Below, piece after piece: positions 42,101-54,100 of a stretch of 64,000 nucleotides of DNA (position 1 is its first letter; each line of letters begins with the position of its first letter). The position numbers and the translations under genes were made by a program. The notes under the pieces were generated by a model, which had not been told where the DNA came from, ran no database searches, and saw only the letters and a list, made by a program, of their open reading frames with translations. The DNA is from Owenia fusiformis (Eukaryota), in NCBI GenBank assembly GCA_903813345.2, contig CAIIXF020000001.1, positions 28,768,001 through 28,832,000 of the forward strand, read 5' to 3'.

Positions 42101-45100
42101 ATCCAGGTCTATGAATTATTCTGAATAAAACATTAAAACTTTATTTGTGTTTATATTGTTATGTTCAAGAAGCCAGTCAGACCTTATTATTATCCCACCA
42201 AACAAAGTTTGGTATTTAGTCCATACACTCGTCCATGTCATGTATCGTGTATTACCTTTCAGTTTAATTAAAACTTATGAACGTCAGTCTTACCTGAAAA
42301 TAGGTTTCGTTAAGTTTTTTATTATTAACACGTTTTTGTTCTTGAAAAAGTTGGACTTTGAAATAATTATTTCAAAATGTTTCAACAACCATGCTTTGTC
42401 CTTTTTCTACAAATTCAAAAAGAAATATTAAGTAAGCAGATTTTGATATATCAATCAATTGATGAATCAACCTATCAATGGCAATGTCAATTGAATTAAA
42501 TACACAAAACCATGTTTATAATTATCCCACTGCCTATTGCCATTGGCCTATTACTCCATGAGAGTCACTTCATATTTATATGCTGGTTAACCAAGATAAT
42601 TATTATCCTATTTTTATCCAGAACAAAAATTTATTTTGCCACTGGCCTTATCTGCCATGAGAATCACTTAATATTCATATGTTAATTAATCAATAGTCAA
42701 AGTGGCTCATCCTTTTTTGATCGGTATATATGACACATGTTACCAAGCAGAAATCATCTTCACTTGAACAGTCGGATCATACACACAACAATGTTGTCTG
42801 CTGCTGTCTTCATTGCTGGACTCGCCACTGTCTTCGCCAGTGGCTATGGATGTAAGTTTAACATTTTGTAATTATCTCGGATATACTTGATATTGCTTAA
42901 ATGATGTATCTCTTATAACTTTGCTTAACAATGATGTAACTTAATTTTTCCATTTATCAGTTGTCCATTTTAAATTGTTTGATTTTTATCTTTAACTTTC
43001 AGCTCGTTGCTATGACTGCAACTATGCCCCATCTGGTTACACCAAGCAGGTGAACTACTGGACCAGAGTGTCCTCCAATGCTGGATACGCTGGATGTGCC
43101 CTCTCCAAATATGGAGATGCAGAGACCCTTGACAAATGGAGCTGTGCCTCAGGAGAGTGCTTCATCCGTAAAGACCCCAACGGTCTTGTGTACCGTGGCT
43201 GTGCCAACAAGGAGAATCTTCCCCTTGGAGTGTCCACCTACAAACAGTGCGCCAACCAGGCTGGTTCTCTGTGGTACTTCTGCAAGGGAGATCTCTGCAA
43301 CAGCAAACAGCTTGGTGACTATGGAGTCTGTGGATACAAGCCATCTTACCATGCCTCTTACCCAAGTATGTATAACCTTTTTTTCTGTCTTTTAAAAACA
43401 CAGAATTACACCCTGTCAGGACTGATGTGATAAAAAGAAGCTATTTATGATGTTACAAATTTTAATCATTCTTGAAATCAAACAAATGATACATTTCATA
43501 TTGTAGGCCCCTGTGATGGAAAATGCTACAACAACCCAAGTGGTCTTTTCGCTGACAAATATAACAAGAATGGTTTCATCCAATGCGGATGTGACTACAA
43601 ATATGGCAAGGCCTGTATCTGCTGCAAACCTTTCTTCATGAAGTGCCCATATGGTAAAGATTTTCTTTATTTCTATAATTGACCTTTTCCTCAAAACATT
43701 AGATCCATCTTATGTGTATGTTATTTAAGAGTTATATCCTGTATCATAATTCATTGAATGAACTATTTCAAATCTATTAATGATTTAATATTTGTAGGAA
43801 CTGCTTTCGATGATAGCACCAAAGTGTGCAGCAAAGCTGCTTACAGTGCCCCAGCATACAAAGCCCCCAAACCAGCATACAAAGCCCCTAAGCAAGCATA
43901 CAAAGCCCCTGAGCCAGAATACAAAGCCCATGAGCCAGTATATCATGCCCCAGCTTATGGATACCAGGCACCATCCTATGGATACAATCAATACAATAAT
44001 CACTATTAAATGACATTAGTTTACTTTATGATGTGCCAAACTGCATTGATTAAAAAATAAAGAAAAGTTACATATACAGATTATTTGTGTGTTTTACTTC
44101 TTATATGCTTGCAGTTTCATTGATAATTTGCGATATAGGGGCTTACGTATATGCACACATTTTAGGAGAAAAGGTGTGGAGTACTTACTCTGGTCAATTA
44201 ATACATTGTTTTAGTTTGTGGGTTTGACAAGAAATATTTATCACATGATAATGTGCCCTACCTATTCAAACTCCACGCTTGATTTTGTTTGGTTTCCTTG
44301 TAATCCTGTGTATTTGCTAGCAGAAATAGAAAAGGCTAAAGAAAAGCATTTGACTTTTCAAACAAAAGCATGTATAACTGATATGAAACAACAGTTTCGC
44401 TTGTTGAGGCATGAAAAGACAATCAATGAGTATTTCTAAAACCTGTATCTAAATATCATATGCTGTAGATCTACATAAATCCATTATCGCCCAACTACAG
44501 TTTAGTCCGTAATTTTTTTACCATTGCATGCATACACATACTCTCGAGTAGCAGAATATTTGGACAGAATGTTTTTTTGAAATCAAATGATCGAACTAAC
44601 ACTCATTAAACAAATATCCTAATATCTAGACAGAATGTCCGTAATTTATTTAATGATTATTGGATAATGAAAATACTTCTTGTGTCATTCTAGTCTATTT
44701 CCAAGAAAACTCCTGCAAGGACAAGACTGTCCAGACGGTCAATGCGGCAGCCTATCAAAGAAAAACTTACAATAGAAAATAGCACCAAACAAAATGACTT
44801 GAGGTTAACAGAAGACAATACAATGAAAAATACTAAATTGAATGAATTAACACTTGTGACCAAATCAACAGATGTGGATGTAAAATGTGATGAAAAGACT
44901 AATAGTATAACTGATAAAGACACTACTAAAAGTGAGAAAGTGAATAATGATGTTGAAATGTCCACAAAAGAATCAAATGTATCTAATCAAGAGACTAAAA
45001 AGAGTGATAGAGATCTATGTGGGGCTGTTCCACATGATGAAAGTGCTAATGATGGCTTTGATATGGACACCACACAGAGTGATGATGAAGCTTTGGCACA

Positions 45101-48100
45101 GGCAGCAGCTGAGGTTACCAACCAAGGCCCTGAAACACAGGTATGTGATAGAAAATAAGTAAAAGTGAAATGACTAGGTGCAAAGGGCACATTTAAAATC
45201 AAAAACTTCATGATTATGCATGGTATATCTACTAAAAAATAATTTAATTTCTAAAATAGTTTTTTATCATACTCACATTGTGCATACCTCCTAGAAAATA
45301 ATGAATCCACAATTGCTATTATACACTAGTGTCTGTATATTGTTATCTATTTCCAGGAGATGAAAACAAACAGCGCTTCCCTAGAAATGCGAGATGAAAT
45401 AACTAAACAACTAGAGCATGTAATGGCCTCTGTAGCTAAGTAAGCAATCCAGGGTGGACCAAACGAGGGATACCTTAATTATTTAAGGATTTTAAAAAAA
45501 TGTCAACCCAAATCATGCATTATTTTCTCCCAAAAACAGAAAAGATTGTGCTCTAGAAGGAATTTGGAGGCAAATATTGTCTGTATTTCATAAGAAATCA
45601 TGCATAAAACAACATTTTGGCTTTTCATTCTGTTAGGTGCTATATTCAGCAATTAAAGACACATTCAAATCATCAATAGAAAAATAAAAGATACATAACT
45701 GAATCAAAATTCTTAAGTGATGTATACTTGTATTTATCTTTAGAATGGATACATAAACATACTAACATTGTACTTTCAGTAAACCTGCTAGAAAAAGAAA
45801 CAGTCGCATAAACTGTAAGTTATCTCTTAATGTTGACAACTGATCAATCGATCAATAAGATATATTTGAAACATACTAAATCGGCAGCTAAACTGCCTAA
45901 TTCTTAAATAAATGAGATACTGGGATCTCTCACTTGGGAAAGAAAAACCCCCATATCAGTCAGTTGTACTGGCATTTCCGTTTCATTTGTTTTTGAAAAA
46001 ACTGTAAAAAAGTCCTGTTCTTTATCATGTTTTCTCCCAGATTATCTTTATATGGTTTCCTATCATTATAATAGTATATGCTTAATAGTTAATACACTAA
46101 TGCCATGTTTTGTTATCACAGCTGCTAATTTGAATTCCTCTGGGGAGAATCCTGCTGACAGAAGCCGTCCTTCTTCAAGGACCAGGGGCATTGTGACATA
46201 CTCATGTAAGTACATGTATAGCAATTAATATAAAGCACCTAGACTATCAGCTAGACAAGGGACAGCAATTAAAATGGCCGTTGTCTTTTCTTACTGCTAA
46301 AGAAATATACATGTACATGTATAGCTAAGGAGTGTGAGATGATAAAGTGAAAAGAGCAATTTAAGTGCAGATATAACCATTAATTAGGGACTTTGTGACA
46401 TCAATGTCTCTCATCTACTTCACACATTTGCTGAAATGGAAATCAGTGGTTTTAAATTCTGATGGACCAGAAATGTCTTAATTCTGTTAAATATGTTTGC
46501 ATTCGGTGATCACTGATAATATTGAATGTAGAACTATAATGATGAAATAATACAATATGTCATATCACAGTTTGATTACACATTATATTTTGCTAGTTAC
46601 CTGTGTGATTATATGGATAATATTAGTATGGCATGTGGCCGACTTGTCTTACAAACATATTCACATTGACAGTGTTAAACCACACAACAAAAGTGCACAT
46701 AAGGAAGACACAGAGAGGATAGCTGTACTTGTTTACTTGGACTACAAACAAGGTGGAAACTTTGCGATAGAGTTCTGTACTTTCTTGTATGCATCATGGA
46801 AGTATGTGATGAGCCACTCATACCTTACTGATTATGTCAGATTCAAGAAAGGGGTCTCAAGGAGGTGTAGTAATCACACTCTCATTGATTTGATTGTTTT
46901 CTGTCACCCCACAACATGTGCTTCTTTACCTACAGACTGTCTCAAGTGGAGCACACTAACACAGTTTGATCTCAAATGGATGATTAACTCATCAAACTGT
47001 ATGTATCGACCATTGCCCCCATTGACTCAAAACCCAAATTATCCAGCCAAGTATGAATACCTTAACACGTTCTCATTTCTACAACATATGCATCTTGGGG
47101 ATGTTTTAATGCGATATGATTGGATATTACGTTCAGACACAGATGTATTTTTGACACCAACACTTTTAAAATGGCGGCCTAAATATAACCTTGTCACAGG
47201 AGAGGGTGGCTATGGTGATTTGTTCAACAGACAACGATTGAAAAATATTTCCCTTAAATTGAATCTAACTCACAGAGGTGTGACAAACTTTGGAAGTACT
47301 TGGTATGGACGTCCAAAGCAATTTCTTATCGCTGCTAAGCTAACACTGAATATCTCAAGATATCTGTATGAGAATGAATTTAAGCCAAACTTGTCAGGTC
47401 TGGAGGTGATATTCACTGAAGGGACTGACAGTAATGGGAAATGGCCCATGTGGTGGAGACCTGTATCAACAATGTATGGGTCAGAACTAGCACTTAATCA
47501 TCTCATCCCAGGAATCAATCAATCCTACAAAGCTATTGATCTCTTAGATGCATTCAGCTCTCGGAGGAAACCAGCGCTTCTTTACCCACACATCCATTGT
47601 TGGCACGGAGAAGCAGAATTCTCAAAGCATCGATTCATTAATAATATCACATCTCTGTTGCATCTTGATAAAGAGCTCAAATCTGATGATGTAAAAAATC
47701 TGATAACTGACAACATTGGTGATAAGAATGCAAGAGACATGCTAGCTTGGGAGTACTGTATGTACATTGCATGGAATGCTGTTGGCAACCACCTTCCTCA
47801 TGTTGTGACAGCCATCTTGAAAATTGGATAGATATATTATGATATCAGATTATTTAAAAAATAAATCAAAAATTCAAAAAATCAGTCAACTATGGTGCTT
47901 TCTTTATTCTGCTTGATGATATATGGCTACACTGTGTTTGAAGCTAGAGGCAATTAATTGTAAGGCTTCACTACTATACATACATGTAGTGAATGATTAA
48001 CACAACTGAAATATGTATTTTAGTTGATATGGATAGTGTAGTTAACTGTAATTTTACATTCATTGGTTACTTGTTAAACAGACTTTGATATGTCCAGTTA

Positions 48101-51100
48101 TTTTAACATAATACAAATTTCAAAATCCAGGTAATTTTGAAAACTGCAATTTTAGATATTTCTTGTCATCACAATCTCAGAAATATTGCACATTGCATTC
48201 AATCTTTTCAACTGAGGTTATGTGGTATCTCTTTCTAGATTCTTTTTTTTGGTTGCCATGTTTAATTCCAGCAACCATTTTAAATTGTTTTCATCACTTT
48301 TGCAGTGGCATTTCGAAGAAAGCCATTGAAGAGATTCATTTCTTTTTAAAGATGCTACTTAGTATGTTAAACTCGAGTAGACCTGACAGGTCTAGAAGTG
48401 ATATGGGTGTTTTCCTCAAGTATATTAAGTGTGATATTTATTGTTGTGTGTCAGTGTTTGCAAATGACAAATGCCCTTTTCATATTGCGTGCAAATAATT
48501 GACTTTTTATAAGAATGAATAGTCTTGTATCAGGTCCATGTATATGGAATCTCCCTAGTGAGCTAAATAAGTGAGGTGAATTAAGGTTCAAAGGGGCTTG
48601 ATGTAAGACTACATTATCATATTTGAAACAAAAGTTCTCATGCTTTACATGAGCAATGACTGTATATAATAAACTTAAAAGCATGATGATTTTTTTTATT
48701 ATTGAAATCAATGTAACATATATACAGGTTATAGTGGCTATGACCGCCAAAAGGGTATGTTAATCCTAAGCATAATAATGTTATTGTATATGTTAATGTT
48801 AATCTCATATGTGGATGTTCCAGTGGAGAGGAAGGATAGTGATGGTACAGGTAGACGATCAACAAGGAGCGCAGCAAACGGTGAGTCAATGCAGATTCTA
48901 ATATGATACGTGACATCACAATAGCTAGAACAATTGATTTACTGGTCTATATTGGATTATGTATGACCACTAAAATCCATAAATGCAAATAATTGTGTTT
49001 CTTGTCTATTTATCATATTAGAATCGTAACAAAGACCTCAATTTTATGATTTATGTCAAATATATGACCTCAAATTTTATTCTGGCCTTTGCCAAAGACC
49101 TCAATTGCTGTGCGATTTCAGTCTCTTAACAATGAACAGAATAAAATTTTCGGTCATATATTACAACATGAATCATAATATCTCAGTCTTTATTCCTTAA
49201 ATAATATAATTAATCATAGTTGCAATAGAAGGACGTTTTTGTTAAAAAAAAAAAAAAGCATGGGGCATTAATAAAACACTTATATCAATACACACATATA
49301 CATTGAATGAACATACAAATGCAAGTCTTGGACATTAGTGTTTATAGTTTTCATGTCTAATATATTCAAGAGTGATATATGGCATTTTACTGATGGTTTA
49401 ATGAATAATACCTGATTTTTGCTTTCAGCTCGAGCTATAGAGACTGATACAGAGGCCTCTCAGAGGGTCCAGTTTACATGGGATGATCCAAGAGCACGGT
49501 GAGTGGCAAGCTAATGTTAGATTATGAAACTTATGGACAATGTATGGTAAAACTTGTGAATTGAAACACCTCTGTAAGTGGGGCACATCAGTGGAAAGGG
49601 AACACCGTTTAGATCCCATGACCAATCTACTTAATGTTAAATGAACCTCTGTAAGTGATACACCTTCCAAGAGGAACCCTTTTTAGAGGTTTATCACACA
49701 GGTTTTACTGTATTTACTTACTGTATTACTGTAGTGACTTATTTACAATCAAGCCTTTAATGATTAAATGACTAATTGTGCACATGTTTTTTTTTTACTT
49801 GTTATACTTCCATTGTTCAACAAATAAAATAGAAAATGTACATGTATGCATATTTTATCCCAGCAAACACAGTATGACAGGGATAGGGAATAACTAATGC
49901 TAAGCTAATAAAAGCTCTTTTAAAGGAGTATTCCTTGCCGGACCATTTCTCTCTTAATATGGTAGCTATAACTATATAGGCACTTTCAATATAAGCAAAA
50001 CATGGGAAAATGTTTTGATATGGTCAATATTGACAATTTAAAAATGAACTGATAATTTCAAGTGGGCTGCTATCTTTTAATATTTCAGACAGGAAGTAAT
50101 GTCATCGACTCTCTATTTTACATTTAGCATTTTTAAAAGCAGGTATTTAGGACTTAACTAGCTGAAGTTGAAGTTGACAAGCCCTGAAAATCTATTTGAA
50201 TAGAAACTAAGAACCACTTGTCTGGAAGTTACTTTGTGCTACATTCTAAATTGTTATGGGCAATGTTATACAATTTGAGAGTTGATGACATCACTTCATG
50301 GGTGAAATCTTAAAAGATGGCACCCTACTAGGAATGAATTGACCATATCAAAACATTTTGCCATGTTTTGCATAATATGGAAAGTATATACATAAGGGTT
50401 ATGTACTGGGAGGTTTTGGATATGGGGTTTATCCAGAGGGAGATATGTATATCTACCTGAGGGACCATAGGGACCGAAGGTAGATGTGCATATCTCACGA
50501 GGGATGAGCCCTATATCCAAACCGACCGTACATAACTGCTTTATCCTATACCAAGTAGAGTTTTCTTTCAATTTTTTCAATTTTTTCTCAATTTTTTCTG
50601 TTTTTTTTATCGTACCTAACAAAAGGTACGATATTGTAGTCAGCTTGACGGGCGGCGGGCGGGTGGACGGGCGGCGGGCGGGTGGGCGGGCGGGCGGCGT
50701 CTCACTTTTCAGCTTGTCTACAGGTTTCCAGCTAAACCATTTGAGGGATTCATCTGAAATTTTCAGGGATGTTTCTACATATCAACGTCAAGAACTGATT
50801 AGTTTTTGGGCATTCTGGGTAAATTTTAAGGTGGCCATTTTGGATTTTCCGTCCTAAAATCTTCACTTTCAAGACTTGTCTACAGGTTTCCAGCCAAACC
50901 ATTTGAGGGATTCATCTGAAATTTTCAGGGATGTTTCTACATATCAACGTCAAGAACTGATTAGTTTTTGGGCATTCTGGGTAAATTTTAAGGCGGCCAT
51001 TTTGGATTTTCCGTCCTAAAATCTTCACTTTCAAGACTTGTCTACAGGTTTTCAGCCAAACCATTTGAGGGATTCATCTGAAATTTTCAGGGATGTTTCT

Positions 51101-54100
51101 ACATATCAACGCCAAGAACTGATTAGTTTTTGGGCATTCTGGTTAAATTTTAATGTGGCCATTTTGGATTTTCTGTCCTAAAATCTTCACTTTCAAGACT
51201 TGTCTACAGATTTTCAGCCAAACCATTTGAGGGATTCATCTGAAATTTTCAGGGATGTTTCTACATATCAACGTCAAGAACTGATTGGTTTTTGGGCATT
51301 CTGGGTAAATTTTAAGGTGGCCATTTTGGATTTTCCGTCCTAAATTCTTCACTTTCAAGACTTGTCTACAGGTTTCCAGCCAAACCGTTCAAATTTTTAC
51401 ATATGTTACACAGTGATAAGTTCTAGAGCTGATTAACTTTTCTGCGGCCATCTTGCTTTCTTGGTCAACAAGACCACAATGCTGTGTTTTAGGTATGATA
51501 TTGTTCACGTCTATGCCTTGTTCTTTTTTTGAATTTGTTATTTTTTCACATTTTTTCTTTTTTTTCAATTTTTCTTATTTCTCCAAATTTTTTTATCGAA
51601 GTGGGAAGATATGCCCTGGAGTGGGAGATATGGAGGTTCAGGATATGGAACCTCAAAATCAGGATAAGGGATATATCTTACCAACTTATCTCCCTAAAAC
51701 TCTACTTGGCATAGGATAAAACCTCATAACTACCATATCAGGAGAGAAATCATCTGGCAAGGAATATTCCTTTAAGGAGTTACCAGTTCTAGTTAAATTT
51801 AAATATTACATAATATTATATTTTAATTTCTTAACACACATTCTCTTTTTTAACATTGACGCTCTACAGCATATACTTTCATAACAGTATTTTCATAACA
51901 ACATTACAAAACATAAAGTAACGCAAAATAATGTAATGTAACGTAACGTAACATAACATAACAGAATAACAGAATTCGTAGGTAACAACATATTAGAGTC
52001 TATTATATGATGGTGTAATTTCCGTTCTCAATCTGGTTGGTCCATGTGATGTAAATATATCCTGTATTTTCAGTACAGAATCAGTAAAGTCAAATTTTGA
52101 TAAGGTTGTTATAAGCTCTTATATAGTGAACTGTTATAGCTATTTAATTGCACACGTGTCTGTCTTTATGAAAGTCCCAGACTTCTTAGTTCCCCATAAG
52201 CAAAATATGCAGTCTATAGAAAGCCACCTGCGTCAATGGAACTGAATGCCTTCAGATTTAGTAGCAGCATCTCTTACATATGTTTGTAAGGCATAATCAG
52301 GAGGGCCTTGTTGTGGTTTAAAGGATTCTTGATCTGATGATATAACAGTCTTCATAATAGCTTGTAACCCTGTCAGTCTTAATAGTACACTACTGTGGTC
52401 ACTTATATGGCCCCCTATAATAACACTATCCATATCCTCAAGGAGTATCCCAACGGGAAATACAAATGGGTTCTCTATCATCCAACTTCTAACTATTGGG
52501 TACTTTTTTGAAAGATCATTGTGAATTTTTATAGGGCCACTTACATACACTATTCTTGGTTTCGGTGTTGTGCAGAATACTACGACATTAAATGTATAGT
52601 ACCTCACACTTGTAGCTTTTTTATACAGTGTTGCATGCGTAATAGAGATATAATATGAGCCTTTGTACTTTTCCATTGGGGTCCCACCCCTTAAAGGAGT
52701 TTTAACATTGCTAAATTCTGCTGTTAGGTTTCCACGAAGTATTTCAAACTCACAATCGCAAGTGTCAGCCCCTAATTGACATTTAAGGATACGGAGTGGA
52801 TCAAAACCATGCACAAAGTAAAGTTCATTGTTGTCGATGTATGGTATCCAGTGTTTGTCCCTTGTTTCTGGTTTTGGCTTGGAACCATGGATTCGAGGGC
52901 GTATCAACACATTGGATTCTATATCCATGATGAATGTAAAATCGCGCATACTGTCATGTGATGATATATAGCCTGTGTTAAATGTCATTAATAAACGGTT
53001 CCTAAACGTAAAAAGCCTTGGTTCAATCGGGCCATCCCCTAAATGCCATTTTGGGGTTACCATACCAACAAGGGATCCATTGGTCAACGGCTTCATGAAT
53101 TTATTGAATTGTTGCGTGAATAAAGTGTTATCCTGAAACCTATTTGCAGGCCATTTTTGGGCTTTTTCATAAGCTTCGTTCTGCAGCCATATCCTTAGTA
53201 CCGTAAATAGTCGTCCTCTGAACCATGAAATAGCTGGGCTATTGGCGTAAAGTTTATTGTCACGTCCATCCAGGATGTACATCTTTCTTGCTGACTGTTC
53301 CACTCTTGGTGAGAATGAGTACACAAGAGATGTTGAGACAACATATGAGACACTTAATGCTATGCCTTTATCTGAAAATACAGCACCATCCAATTCAAAA
53401 TGATGCTTAAATGTTTCATTCAGTATCAGTTTAGATTGTTCCTCATGGTTAATAGCTTTATCACTTCTTGTGTTGTTTCTTGACGTGGAATCTCCACATT
53501 GTTTCTCGTGGTATATAAAGAACCGTTCAGTTGACTTTGTGAATAACAATCCACAAAGCACAATAAGCATTAATCCTAACAATTTCTTCTTTGAAATCAT
53601 CTTTGCACACTATTTAGACATGGTCTCAAATATCTCTCACAATAGTTGAAGCTTGGCAAAGTCCATATGTTCCAATATAATAAGTTAATTTGATCTGTCA
53701 CTTGTGGAAATAACAAAACATTTCCGATCTCATCTAAAGAAAAGTATCAAAAATATTAATACATGTATTTTATTATGCTCTATATCCTCAGAGGTTGATG
53801 TTAAAAGTCCCATAAAAAGCCATAAACTTGTTCTATGACTGTTATAATGTAAAATAACTGCAGTATTACTGTACATTTTCTAGATTTTTCCAGTCATATT
53901 ATTGGTTGGTATTTTAATGTCAAATGAACCTAAACTGCTCTCAGTTGTATTATTACATAACATATGTACTACCTGAATAATAACCCCTGTGGTATATCTG
54001 GCTGTGTATATTTTTAGTCACAATTTTAGGTCAACCTTGCCAAACTCAGTCAGTGTAAAATTACATTAAAATTGTGCTTTCATAAGGCCCTAATCTTTTA

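Noticed and set aside
43050-44013. Stacked overlapping ORFs on both strands
   Set aside because: By-products of the GC-richer, repetitive exons of the nested secreted gene.
50486-50857. 123-aa ORF with GR-rich stretch
   Set aside because: Translation of the element's microsatellite and array.
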